Source: Eledone cirrhosa
Taxonomy: Eukaryota
DNA length: 64,000 bases
Assembly: GCA_964016885.1 (NCBI GenBank)
Contig: OZ024752.1
Coordinates: forward strand, 37,262,001-37,326,000
Reading direction: 5' to 3'
The notes under the pieces are model-generated. The model had not been told where the DNA came from and ran no database searches. It worked only from the letters and a program-made list of their open reading frames with translations. This document shows positions 1 through 12,575 of the stretch, piece by piece. The position numbers and the translations under genes were made by a program. How positions within the stretch are numbered: position 1 is the stretch's first letter; every line of letters begins with the position of its first letter.

Positions 1-36
1 CAACATATACTCAAAATCTATCTATATATATATAAG

Positions 37-315
37 CAAAAGGGATATTGAATTTGTTGGTAAATCAACAAATATAAATGTTTATAACTGATTCAAAGCA
101 CTCGACAAGTTTTCTGGCGGTATAATATTCAATGATATTAAATATCCAGAAAAACTTGAGCCGTCAAGGTATTTTCTCTGGTTATGTCAATATATATAAA
201 ACAAACTTTGTATTTTATCTGATGAGAGCGTACCAAAGTTTTGGTACCCTTGCAATATATATAATAGAATAAATATGGTTTTATAAATATAGTTTCCATT
301 TATTTAATATCATTG
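37..315. mobile_element. TA-flanked Penelope-like short element with degenerate hammerhead (211-271, +) and inverted 3' tail
   Basis: tattttat-CTGATGA-helix II (gtaccaa/ttggtac)-GCAA (GAAA mutated)-tatatata-atagaata. Homologous to 8763 and 52992. The segment tatttaatatcattg is present in both orientations. Confidence 0.6.
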
Positions 316-394
316 TATATATATATATATTTATATATTTATATATTTACATATTTATATATATTCACATCCAAATTGACAAGATCCCAGACCT

Positions 395-575
395 CATTCA
401 CTTACCAAGTGATGTGGAGCTTGTCAGATTGGACCAAGGAAACAATGTTTCCATTGGTCTTTCCAATTACTATCTGGCAGTTGCAACTCCTGGCAGAAAG
501 AGCAACATGAAATAAAGTGTTTTGCTCAAGGACATAAAACATTGCCCAGCCAGGGAATCAAACTCACAACCTAAC
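395..575 (-). mobile_element. tRNA-derived SINE (family D, decayed)
   Basis: Shares the cttgagcaa..actttatttca core and the ttggaaagaccaa-ggaaacattgtt body with the + copy at 53735-53955. Confidence 0.55.
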
Positions 576-1060
576 AACCAACCCTCTCTAGCAGGGAAGG
601 TGAATGTTAAATGATGATGATGATGATGATGATGATGATACATGGAAATACTGACTTATAATTATGAAACACAAAATACACATACACACTCAAATATATA
701 CATCCAAGCAACTTAAAACACTATACCCATAAATGGAAGAAAAGAAGAGAAAAGGAAAGAAAAAGAAAAAGAAAAAGAAAAAGAAAAAGAAAAAGAAAAA
801 GAAAAAGAAAACGGAAATACACTTTTGAATGAGAATAAAATTTGACTAATAGAAGAAAATTTAAGAAATAATTCTAAATAAACTTGACATGTAGAATATA
901 TTTTAAATAAATAATTCTAAAGCAACTTGACTAACTGAATAAGCTCCAGGCAAAATACTTCTAAATAAACTTGTCTAGTGCAATAAGCTTTAAGCTATTA
1001 ACCTAAACCAAAGGATTTATATCTTTTTAATATATATATATGTGTGTGTGTAAATATATC

Positions 1061-1091
<31 letters not shown>

Positions 1092-1509
1092 AAATATATA
1101 TATATATGTGTGTGTGTATGTGTATATATGTGTATATATATATATGTGTGTGTGTGTGTATGTATATATATATGTGTATATGTATATGTGTGTGTATATA
1201 TGTATATATAATTGTTGCTAGCAGGGAAATGGATGTTAAAACAACATTGATGATGATAATTATACATATATATATTTTTATTCATTTTATTTTATTTATT
1301 TTTTATTATTATTATTTTATTTTATATTTATTTTTTTATTTTATATTTCAAAATCTGAAGCTCAGATAAAATCTGGAACATTTTATAAAATACATCAAAA
1401 TTACATCCAGAAGCCATTCACAAGTGTTTCAGTACACAACATAATGAATTAAAAATATATATATATTTTTTTATTTTAAGGAAGATTTTAGAGGAAACAA
1501 TCTGCTTAC

Positions 1510-1615
1510 TTTTTAATGCAGCTGCTGTTTGTTCCTCTGCTTGCTGGGCTTTAGCAACATTTGTCACTCCAAAGCAGACAGACAGGACACACGTAATAAT
1601 CCAAAATAATTTCAT
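1510..1615 (-). CDS. First coding exon of a secreted or membrane protein (signal peptide); exon spans 1510-1619, gene continues off-window to the left
   Basis: Minus strand: poly-T tract + CATTTCAG acceptor (AG at 1621-1620), then CATC-ATG (A at -3), then MKLFWIITCVLSVCFGVTNVAKAQQAEEQTAAALK (basic N-terminus, hydrophobic core, A-K-A cleavage motif), then a GTAAGC donor at 1509 in phase 1. Protein family not recognisable. Confidence 0.75.
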
Positions 1616-1892
1616 GATGCTGAAATGAAAAAAAAAAAAAAATAAATAAAATAATTTATTAATTAAATTTAATATAATTACAAAAATATATAACATTAAC
1701 TCTACATGAGAAAAGTTAATGTAGTTTAACTCTTTAACATTTAAAATGGCCATATCCGTCCAGAATTCATGAAGCAATGTCTTTCAAAAAAACCTTTAGA
1801 ACTAAGCAATCCTTCAAAAACACCTGTAAACTTAAGCAATTCCTTTAAAAAAACCCATTAGACCTTTTCATTAGACCTTTTCAAAAATACCT

Positions 1893-2065
1893 TTAGACCC
1901 TTTAGCATTTAAACCAGCTGTATCCGGTCAGAATTCTCTCACCTTTTTCTGTTTAAACTGGCTGTAACCAGTTGCTCATACTGATGTTAAGGTATTGTTT
2001 TCAAAATCTCATAGATTCAATATTATGTGAGATAATATAGAGTAATGTAAATGCTAAAGGGTTAA
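1893..2065. mobile_element. piggyBac-like MITE (internally deleted)
   Basis: CCCTTTAGCATT...AATGCTAAAGGG-TTAA terminal inverted repeats; same family at 31770, 47634, 57341 and 59174. Confidence 0.7.
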
Positions 2066-2204
2066 TGCAGTAGAGGACATTAAGAGTAAAAGAGTAAAAA
2101 CCTATTTGGAAAGTAAATAACATTCAAGACCGGTCAAACTGTTGACATGGCACCCTCAAGACACTCAAGAACTGATTACTGGATATTTGTGAGAGCCAAC
2201 GAAG

Positions 2205-2527
2205 TAGTCAGACTATGAAGGAGTGATGCTAGAGCTGTGAAATCTTGCCTGCATTAATTTTAACTCTTCTTATTAATAACTGCATTGTTTCTTTCTAGGG
2301 ACTATGTTAAAAAATAAACCTCATTTGATCATTCTATGAGAGTATCTTGGTCAGCCTATGAAGGAGCGATGCTAAAGCTGTAAAGTCTTGCATGCATTAA
2401 TTTCAACTCTTCTTGTTAATAACTAGCATTGTTTCTTTCTAGGGACTATGTTGAAAAATAAACCTCATTTGGTCATTCCATGGGAGTATCTTGGTCAGTC
2501 TATGAACTTTTCAGCAGACCCTCGTAT
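2205..2527. mobile_element. mariner/Tc1-like MITE, right part, internally duplicated
   Basis: Ends ...ctatgaacttttcagcagaccctcgTA, the reverse complement of the TIR at 6119; homologous to 6119-6526 and 24752-25803. Confidence 0.65.
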
Positions 2528-2639
2528 AATTTCTTCTTTTCACTTCTATATATTAGAAGTTATGGATTCTGGCATTTGGTCAACTCAGCAGAAATGCCAT
2601 AAACTTCGTTCAAGCTTGTTTCTTAATCTATACTGATGA

Positions 2640-5600
2640 CACCACACACACACTTAAACATACACATACACACTCACACACACACAATCATACACATGCA
2701 TACACTCACTCACAGTCAGACAGACACACACACATGCATGCACACACTCTCAAACACACTCACAGACACACACACACTCACACACACAATCATACACGCG
2801 CATACACTCACTCACAGTCAGACAGACATACACACACTCTCAAACACACACTCACAGACACACACAATCATACACCTACATACACGCACACACACTCGGA
2901 CACACACACACATGCTAGCACATACACACACTCTCAAACACACACTCACAGACACACACAATCATACACGCGCATACACTCACTCACAGTCAGACAGACA
3001 CACACACATGCATGCACATACACACACTCTCAAACACACACTCACAGACACACACAATCATACACCTACATACATGCACACACACTCGGACACACACACA
3101 CACATGCTAGCACATACACACACTCACACAATGCACATACACACACTCACACAATGCACATACACACACTCTCAAACACACACTCACAGACACACACAAT
3201 CATACACCTACATACACGCACACACACTCGGACACACACACACATGCTAGCACATACACACACTCACACAATGCACATACACACACTCTCAAACACACAC
3301 TCACAGACACACACAATCATACACCTACATACACGCACACACACTCGGACACACACACACATGCTAGCACATACACACACTCACACAATGCACATACACA
3401 CACTCTCAAACACACACTCACAGACACACACAATCATACACCTACATACACGCACACACACTCGGACACACACACACATGCTAGCACATACACACACTCA
3501 CACAATGCACATACACACACTCTCAAACACACACTCACAGACACACACAATCATACACCTACATACACGCACACACACTCGGACACACACACACATGCTA
3601 GCACATACACACACTCACACAATGCACATACACACACTCTCAAACACACACTCACAGACACACACAATCATACACCTGCATACACGCACACACCATCGGA
3701 CACACACACACATGCTAGCACATACACACACTCACACAATGCACATACACACACTCTCAAACACACACTCACAGACACACACAATCATACACCTACATAC
3801 ACGCACACACACTCGGACACACACACACATGCTAGCACATACACACACTCACACAATGCACATACACACACTCTCAAACACACACTCACAGACACACACA
3901 ATCATACACCTGCATACACGCACACACACTCGGACACACACACACATGCTAGCACATACACACACTCACACAATGCACATACACACACTCTCAAACACAC
4001 ACTCACAGACACACACAATCATACACCTACATACACGCACACACACTCGGACACACACACACATGCTAGCACATACACACACTCACACAATGCACATACA
4101 CACACTCTCAAACACACACTCACAGACACACACAATCATACACCTACATACACGCACACACACTCGGACACACACACACATACTAGCACATACACACACT
4201 CACACAATGCACATACACACACTCTCAAACACACACTCACAGACACACACAATCATACACCTGCATACACGCACACACACTCGGACACACACACACATGC
4301 TAGCACATACACACACTCACACAATGCACATACACACACTCTCAAACACACACTCACAGACACACACAATCATACACCTACATACACGCACACACACTCG
4401 GACACACACACACATGCTAGCACATACACACACTCACACAATGCACATACACACACTCTCAAACACACACTCACAGACACACACAATCATACACCTACAT
4501 ACATGCACACACACTCGGACACACACACACATGCTAGCACATACACACACTCACACAATGCACATACACACACTCTCAAACACACACAATCATACACCTA
4601 CATACACGCACACACACTCGGACACACACACACATGCTAGCACATACACACACTCACACAATGCACATACACACACTCTCAAACACACACTCACAGACAC
4701 ACACAATCATACACCTACATACATGCACACACACTCGGACACACACACACATGCTAGCACATACACACACTCACACAATGCACATACACACACTCTCAAA
4801 CACACACTCACAGACACACACAATCATACACCTACATACACGCACACACACTCGGACACACACACACATGCTAGCACATACACACACTCACACAATGCAC
4901 ATACACACACTCTCAAACACACACTCACAGACACACACAATCATACACCTACATACACGCACACACACTCGGACACACACACACATGCTAGCACATACAC
5001 ACACTCACACAATGCACATACACACACTCTCAAACACACACTCACAGACACACACAATCATACACCTGCATACACGCACACACACTCGGACACACACACA
5101 CATGCTAGCACATACACACACTCACACAATGCACATACACACACTCTCAAACACACACTCACAGACACACACAATCATACACCTGCATACATGCACACAC
5201 ACTCGGACACACACACACATGCTAGCACATACACACACTCACACAATGCACATACACACACTCTCAAACACACATTCACAGACACACACAATCATACACC
5301 TGCATACACGCACACACACTCGGACACACACACACATGCTAGCACATACACACACTCACACAATGCACATACACACACTCTCAAACACACACTCACAGAC
5401 ACACACAATCATACACCTACATACACGCACACACACTCGGACACACACACACATGCTAGCACATACACACACTCACACAATGCACATACACACACTCTCA
5501 AACACACACTCACAGACACACACAATCATACACCTACATACACGCACACACACTCGGACACACACACACATGCTAGCACATACACACACTCACACAATGC

Positions 5601-5880
5601 ACATACACACACTCTCAAACACACACTCACAGACACACACAATCATACACCTGCATACATGCACACACACTCGGACACACACACACATGCTAGCACATAC
5701 ACACACTCACACAATGCACATACACACACTCTCAAACACACATTCACAGACACACACAATCATACACCTACATACACGCACACACACTCGGACACACACA
5801 CACATGCTAGCACATACACACACTCACACACACTCTCAAACACACACACGCACGCATACACAATCATAACCTCAAGCACA
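2640..5880. repeat. CA-rich minisatellite, 117-bp unit, about 25 copies
   Basis: The 39-aa period of the spurious ORF equals 117 bp; recurring landmarks atgctagc, ctcggac, ctctcaaa. Confidence 0.9.
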
Positions 5881-6118
5881 CACAATATCAAGATTAGGTT
5901 TCCTTTTTACTTCCTAATTGATTGACTTTTTATCAACTGATCTTGTATCAATTTCAAGATTCATCAGAGAGTTAATAAGGAGATAAATTACAAGTTCTCT
6001 TAGTTGGGGATTCCCTCACTTCCCTTCTTCATGATATTTAGTTTAGGGTCTCATCACTACCCCTACCCCTAGGGTCAACTATGCACATTACTGTTCAGTA
6101 GTTTGGATAAAATAAGTA

Positions 6119-6521
6119 TATTCGAGGGTCAGCTGAAATGTTCATAGGCTGATCAAGATACTCTCAAGGAATGACCGAATGAGGTTTATTTTTCAACATA
6201 GTCCTCGGAAGGATACAATGTAGTTATTAATTGTTTTTACTTTTGGCACAAGGCAAGCAATTATCCCAGTGCATTACTGGTACTTTATTTTATCGACTCT
6301 GTAAGGATGAAAGGCAAACAAAGTTACCCTTGGTGGGATTTGAGCCCAGACCGTAAAGGGCCGCAACTCTATGCTGCAAAGCATGGCGTCCAACCCTCTA
6401 CCAATACTACCAATCCACCACCCCAATAAAAAGAAGAGTTGAAATTAATGCATGCAAGATTTCGCAGCTCAAGCACACTTCCTTCATAGTTAGTCAGCCT
6501 ATGAACTTTGCAGCCCACCCT

Positions 6522-6526
<5 letters not shown>
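6119..6526. mobile_element. mariner/Tc1-like MITE with nested SINE-A (about 6225-6425, -)
   Basis: TIRs tattcgagggtcagctgaaatgttcataggctga / tcagcctatgaactttgcagcccacccttgta with TA at both ends. Confidence 0.7.
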
Positions 6527-6560
<34 letters not shown>

Positions 6561-6563
<3 letters not shown>

Positions 6564-6732
6564 ATCAAAAGATGGTTAAAAGAGTTCCATGTATGGAACT
6601 CTTTTAACCATCTTTTGATCTTATATATTATTTATATATATTATTTATACTCCAGTCCTACAAACTGTAGAGTGCTTCTTATCCGATATCTGCATTGTTT
6701 TATTGTACTACAATAAAACTCACCTCCTACAC
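6561..6732 (+). mobile_element. TA-flanked fold-back element (perfect 30-bp-arm palindrome at 6561-6622 plus tail with GAGTGC motif)
   Basis: aagatcaaaagatggttaaaagagttccat-gt-atggaactcttttaaccatcttttgatctt; bounded by (TA)n on both sides. Confidence 0.6.
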
Positions 6733-6770
<38 letters not shown>

Positions 6771-6951
6771 AACTACAGTTACAGGTGGCTTGCCGTTTGA
6801 AGCAGTCAATGCTGTTATGAGGTCTGTCTCGTGCTGGGTTGTAATCCAGAGTTAAGGTGGTTGTAGTGTATTGATTGTAAATAGAGTAAGAAGATATGCT
6901 GCAACACTGACTTTGATTCTACTTATTCTCTCTCTCTCATATATATATATA

Positions 6952-7004
<53 letters not shown>

Positions 7005-7005
<1 letters not shown>

Positions 7006-7506
7006 AAGTAAAACCTACTACAGTCAGTAGGCATCTCTAACAAAATACACCCCCGTCCCACCACCCCCACCCCATCCACACCGCCCCTTTCAATGTAAAG
7101 TTATGTTGGTGCCACAAAATCCAGGCCGAAACAAATGAGATCGTGTAGGTGTCACGAAACAAAAACACACAGTCCACGCTGTAATGTGACCGTGTAGGCA
7201 ATACGGTAAAAACGTCCCAGTCCCACACTGTAAATGTGGTTGGTGTTAGGAAGGGCATCCAGCTGTAGAAAACCTGCCAGACAGTCCACGCTGTAATGTG
7301 GCTGTGTAGGCAATACGGTAAAAACCTCCCAGCCCCACACTGTAAATGTGGTTGGTGTTAGGAAGGGCATCCAACTGTAGAAAACCCACCAGACAGTCCT
7401 ATGCGAGCAAGACAACCACTCTTGCCTCAAGTGGGAAAACTCCCGTCCAAACCCATGCAAGCATGGAACACGGACGTTAAACGATGATGATGATGATGAT
7501 GATGAT
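7005..7506 (+). mobile_element. RTE LINE 3' UTR copy with (GAT)n tail and an internal duplication
   Basis: Near-identical to 63535-63935, which directly follows an RTE ORF C-terminus. Confidence 0.75.
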
Positions 7507-7519
7507 ATATATATATATA

Positions 7520-7985
7520 TTTCGTTTCTGAATTTGTTTAGCAAGATTCTTTAATCTGAAAACGTGTGTTGAAACCGATATTGTTATACTTTGGGAGGGT
7601 CATGTTGCCAATAAGAAACACACGCACCAGTTGCTTTCACATCAATTTATTATAATAAATTTATAAATTTAGGAATTTATAAATTTCCGGTTGGTTGGTT
7701 GGTTCCACAACCAGATGGTTGTTTATATATTGGCGTAGGACAGAACAAAGGAGAGGCACAAAAAACAAAGAAAAGAAAAGAATCCCCAGTCACTGAAGAG
7801 GTCACAGAATGTGTGACGAAAGAACTTTGACAATATATAAACAACCATCTGGTTGTGGAACCAACCAGCCAACCGGAAATTTATAAATTTCTAAATTTAT
7901 AAAGTTATTATAATAAATTGAAGTGAAAGCAACTGGTGCATGTGTTTCTTATTGGCAACATGACCCTCCCAAAGTATAACAATAT
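7520..7985. mobile_element. TA-flanked inverted-repeat element (arms about 7578-7732 and 7831-7985) with a hammerhead in the spacer
   Basis: About 155-bp near-perfect inverted arms around a 98-bp spacer; the spacer is homologous to 54889-54979. Confidence 0.8.
7789..7831 (+). ncRNA. Minimal type-I hammerhead ribozyme (predicted)
   Basis: gtca-CTGAAGA-g-GTCAC agaatgt GTGAC-GAA-AG aa CT-T^-tgac: helix I gtca/tgac, 5-bp helix II, 2-bp helix III, CUU cleavage after 7827. Confidence 0.65.
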
Positions 7986-8007
7986 ATATATATATATATA
8001 TATTTAT

Positions 8008-8510
8008 CATCATCATCATCATCATCATCATCACTGTTTTACGTCCGTTCTTCCATGCTAGCATGGGTTAGACGGGTTATCCTGTTGTGGGCAGTGTCTG
8101 GTCGGCTGACCATGCCTTGCTCATACAGGAACTGATTCTGGCTTGATTTCTACAGCTGGATGCCCTTCCTAACACCAACCTCATTTACAGGGAGTGCTGG
8201 GTGCTTTTTCGTGGCGCCTACACGTCCACTTTACAGTGTGGGCTGGGTGCTTTTTTGCTGTGGCACCTCCACGACCACCTTACAGTGGGAGGGTGTGGGG
8301 GCATATTGTCTATATGCTTCAGCTTGTACCCATGAGAGGTCGGGTACTCTGTATTACTGCGTGACGCCAGAGGTCATGTTCATGTGTCATTGGCTTTGAG
8401 AGGTGTAATTGGGTAAGGTCGGCTTTTATCACCTCATCCCAAGTCATCTTGGGTCTCCCCACTCCGCGGTTTCCATCGACTTCTAGGGCTCTGCACCTTT
8501 TTATGCAGCT
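8008..8510 (-). mobile_element. RTE LINE 3' fragment
   Basis: Minus strand encodes ...CIKRCRALEVDGNRGVGRPKMTWDEVIKADL..., followed by UTR and (GAT)n tail; paralog of 33700-34205. Confidence 0.85.
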
Positions 8511-8720
8511 GTAGAAATGAGATGATAGGGACTGGGGTCCATATCATTCCACTGCAAAGTGGTCGTGGAGGTGCCACGGCAAAAAAGCACCCAGCACTCA
8601 CTGTAAATGAGGTTGGTGTTAGGAAGGGCATCCAGCTGTAGAAATCAAACCAGAATCAGTTCCCGTCCCACCCTTGCAAGCAGGGAAAAGCGGACGTAAA
8701 AAATGATGATGATGATGATG
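8505..8720 (+). mobile_element. SINE-B, 5'-truncated
   Basis: Matches the 3' two-thirds of 28278-28620. Confidence 0.8.
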
Positions 8721-8762
8721 ATATATATATATAATATTTATTTATAAAACTAATCTATATTA

Positions 8763-8828
8763 TATTTTATCTGATGAAAGCGCACCATAATCTGCCTTGG
8801 TGGCCCTTGAAATATGTATAATGAAATA
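8763..8828 (+). ncRNA. Minimal type-I hammerhead ribozyme (predicted) in a TA-flanked element (about 8745-8872)
   Basis: tattttat-CTGATGA-aagcgcacca..tggtggccctt-GAA-ATATGTAT-A^-atgaaata: 8-bp helix I, near-palindromic helix III, AUA site. Confidence 0.7.
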
Positions 8829-8894
8829 AATATGGTTTTATAAATATAGTTTCCATTTGTTAATATATTGTATATATATATATATATTATATAT

Positions 8895-9040
8895 CTTAGT
8901 CTTAGATGCTTCCACGCTGTTCGGCGCATCGAGCAGTAAGTACTCGCCTACGGTCACGATCAGCGGTAACTTTTTCGAGACCGTGCCAGGTGATGTTGGC
9001 TGCCATCAGGTCCTTCCGGAACATTCTTCACCAGGTGATC
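8895..9040 (-). mobile_element. 3' tip of an RTE-like LINE
   Basis: Minus strand reads ITW*RMFRKDLMAANITWHGLEKVTADRDRRRVLTARCAEQRGSI*, followed by a (CTAAGA)2 tail; matches the TW..DL..W..A.DR..WR pattern of RTE C-termini. Confidence 0.6.
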
Positions 9041-9213
9041 TTTATATATATATATAATTTATATATATACACATATATAATGTATATACACATAAAAATT
9101 TAAGGAAGGCTAATGAAAGCAAAGGGGTTAATGGTAAGAGGAATGAACTTTAAATGAACTGGAGAAGATTATTAACATTGGTGAGAAATATTTCCTGGGG
9201 AAAAACCAAAACA

Positions 9214-9247
<34 letters not shown>

Positions 9248-9702
9248 ATAATAATAATTGCAAATAAATATATTGTGAACTTGAGTCAGGCTGCATTTTC
9301 CAGTAAATTCATTTCTTGATAATGTTACCATTATCTCAACTTATCAGAGTTGGTGTTCATTTCCTGAACAATTTCCTCTCATCAAACTTCTCATTCTGAT
9401 ATTATTCAACACACTTGCTTCTTTCCTCCACCCACCTCTCACCTCCTGCCACCCACCCCCCACCACCACCACTACCACCATCGCCATCACTACCACCACC
9501 ATCACCATCATCTTAACAGTACAGAAATAAGTAACTTCTATTTTCCACTGCCACCAGCTTAAAAGTAGAGAAATAAGCAACTGATTTTTCTTTCTTTTAG
9601 CTTGGTTTGACCTGGCCATCCAATCTTTCGCTAAGGTCATTCGAATGTAACAAGATGACAGCTTCTCATTGCTATCTGCCAGGCATTATTATGGCAGTAA
9701 TT

Positions 9703-10272
9703 GCGTGGATTGGCAGTATCGGTAGAGGTTCGGACGCCATGCTTTGACGCATAGAGTTACGGCCCTTGCCATTCTGAGTTCAAATCCCGCCGAGGTTAAC
9801 TTTGCCTTTCATCCTTACGGGGTCGATAAAATAAAGTACCAGTAATGTACTGGGTAATTGCTGGCCTTGTGCCAAAAAGTAGAAACAGTTATATTGGCAG
9901 AATCGGCAGAGAGTCGGGCGCCATGCTTTGATGCATAGAGTTACGGCCCTTGCTATTCTGAGTTTGAATCCCGCCGAGGTTAACTTTGCCTTTCATCCTT
10001 ACGGGTTCGATAAAATAAAGTACCAGTAATGTACTGGGTAATTGCTGACCTTGTGCCAAAAGTAGAAACAATTATTATTGGTGGATTGGCGGTATCGGTA
10101 GAGGGTCGGACGCCATGCCTTGCAGCAAAGTGTTACGGCCCTTTATGGCCTGAGTTCAAACCCTGCCGAGGTTAACTTTGCTTTTCATCCTTACGGGGTC
10201 GATAAAATAAAGTACCAGTAATGCACTGGGATAATTGCTGGCCTTGTGCCAAAAGTAGAAACAATTATTATT
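9703..10272 (+). mobile_element. Three head-to-tail SINE-A copies (about 190 bp each)
   Basis: A-box-like tggattggcagtatcggtag, B-box gagttcaaatcc, core gcctttcatccttacggggtcgataaaataaagtaccag, (TTA) tail. Confidence 0.85.
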
Positions 10273-10589
10273 GGAGTCAAAATAAATTTGCTATTTATTT
10301 AGATTAACAAGACAAATAAACGAAGAAATCAATAACTATTGCTATCTCGTCTTTAGTATTTCCATATTATCTTCATATCTGTGTAACACACTTAGTCAAC
10401 TAATGTACAACAAAATGAACAAATGCAATACCTAATGAGGGAGCTTATATGTGGTTAATCAACATATTAGAAATAACAGTTAAATCCCTCTTAAATCACA
10501 CTATACAGTCATGAGCAATGAAACTCTGATGTTTTTTTTTATAATTATCCTTCAATCTGACCTTAGCTTCATTATATACTTGCATGTTT

Positions 10590-10625
10590 TACCTCTGAAG
10601 AAGGACAATTGTCCAAAACGTTGGA
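10590..10625 (+). ncRNA. Degenerate minimal hammerhead
   Basis: CTGAAGA-a-GGAC aatt GTCC-AAAA (GAAA mutated)-CGTT; same architecture as 53539-53574. Confidence 0.4.
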
Positions 10626-11742
10626 AGTTTCACTTTTCAAGACAAACTAAATCGGCACCCTGGATAGAAAAAAAGTTGACACTATTTCATTGTAAAAAAA
10701 AAAATATATGTACGGTGATGCTTCTAACTCTAAGTTAATAGTAGTGCTAGTGCCATAAAAAATGGTCCCTGTATGCACTATAAAGTGGTTGGTATGAGGA
10801 AGGGCATCCAGACAAAAATGGAATATGTGGGCAAGATGTGGTCACTCAATTTGTCTAGCTTCAAAATGTGACAATCCATGTAATCGATACAAGCATGGAA
10901 AATATATGTTAAATGGTGATCTTGATGATGATGATGATGATGTGTCTAACTTATGTACGCATGGAAAATAGATGTAAAATGGAGATGTTGGTGATGATAA
11001 TGATAAAGAGCAATCCATGTCATAATAATACTATCTCATATAATTTTGTAAAGCTGAATTTGAATACCATATGCTGTTACTAGCATGGTATAGAACAGAA
11101 TTTCTTATTTCCTGAATAAAGATCTGTTAATAAATATTTTTATTTATTTCATAGTATATTCACATCCCATGTTCCAAGCCATAAACTTAAGAATTCTCAA
11201 TACAACAGCATTTTTTTAAAAATCAGCCATTTTATACATAAAAATATTAATTTTTGGAAAAAAATATAAAATTAATCCAGCTGCCTCTAACAAAACGAAA
11301 CTACAAAATTTATAGTAAAAAAATTTACTTCAATGATAAGAAATATTTTATTGAAAAAAGAAATTTCTATTATAAAAAGCAAACTAAAGATTGTAAAACA
11401 TTTTTCAGCTATGTAGATAAAGAAACTTAAATATAACACATCAATTCCACCAATAAAATTCAGTAATGTATGTTAAAAAATCTGTAATAATATCTAAAAA
11501 GCAAATATCTTTAACTAGAACTTTGCTTCTACAGTCAACACTTGTAATATTAACATTTCTAACAAAATTTTGCAATTTAAATGGAAAGATAAAAAAAGAA
11601 AGAAAGAATAGAAAAGCATTTCTTTGTGTAACAATTCAGTATGAGTGATATTGTTGATATAACAAAATATATTGAAGATATTGGTAACTTCAGAACTTCA
11701 AAAATTCAGTATGAGCCATATTGTTGATATAACAAAAACATA

Positions 11743-11922
11743 TTGTTTCTACTTTAGGCACAAGGCCAGCAATTACCCAGTGCATTACTGGTACTTTATT
11801 TTATCGACCCCGTAAGGATGAAAGGCAAAGTCAACCTCGGTGGGATTTGAACTCAGATCATAAAGGGATGTAACTATGCTGGAAAGCATGGTGTCCGACC
11901 CTCTACCGATACTGCCAATCCA
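11743..11922 (-). mobile_element. SINE-A inserted in a degenerate ~70-bp tandem repeat (11630-12040)
   Basis: SINE-A consensus on the minus strand; flanks repeat attcag-atgagccatattgttgatataacaaaa. Confidence 0.8.
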
Positions 11923-12329
11923 AACAAAAACATATTGAATAGATGGTAATTGCAGAACTACAACAATTCAGAATGAGCCATATTGTTGATATAACAAAAA
12001 GATATTGAAGAGATGTTAACTTCAGAACTACAACAATACAAATTTTCTATCAGGCTGAATGAGTAGACACTTGTATGTTCTAATATTCTCATGGCTTATG
12101 TAAGTCAGGTCAGGTTTCTGCCTACCACTGGTACCGTGTAAGCCCAGTACAACCTGCTTCGTGGTGGTGTGGTCTGCAAATAAACCAACTGCCCTCACCA
12201 GATCCTGGTCTGGGTGAAGAGGGTAAGTGGAACCCCAGCAGCACAAAAAACAAGAGCTGTTAAAAGGGTGGACGAATTCCTCAGTCAACGGTCATCCACC
12301 CCAAATATGGGTTAAATAGCCTCACCAAT

Positions 12330-12575
12330 CTGCAATTGGCCAAGTGTGGTGAGTACAAGGCTCACCCCATCTGGACAGGATTAAACCCATCACAGGGTTA
12401 AACCCACAGCTATTGCTGGTATTAATGTTCAGCTGAGTATACTGGAGCAATATGAAATAAAGTGTTTTTTTTTTTTTTTTGCTCAAGAACACAACACACA
12501 ACCCAGTCCAGGATTCAAACACATGACATTACAATTGTACATCAAGCATCCTTACCACAAGGTCACACAATCTCC
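12330..12575 (-). mobile_element. tRNA-derived SINE-C (decayed)
   Basis: Homologous to 32010-32260 (ttaaccctgtgatggg..cctgtccag body). Confidence 0.65.

Noticed and set aside
2734-5925. 1063-aa His/Thr-rich ORF
   Set aside because: Translation of a CA-rich minisatellite; open in several frames only because stops cannot form.
6770-6925. Possible solo LTR fragment
   Set aside because: No second copy, clear TG..CA termini or target-site duplication.
9581-9650. Strong-looking + strand acceptor (ctgatttttctttcttttag)
   Set aside because: No convincing donor or recognisable peptide follows.
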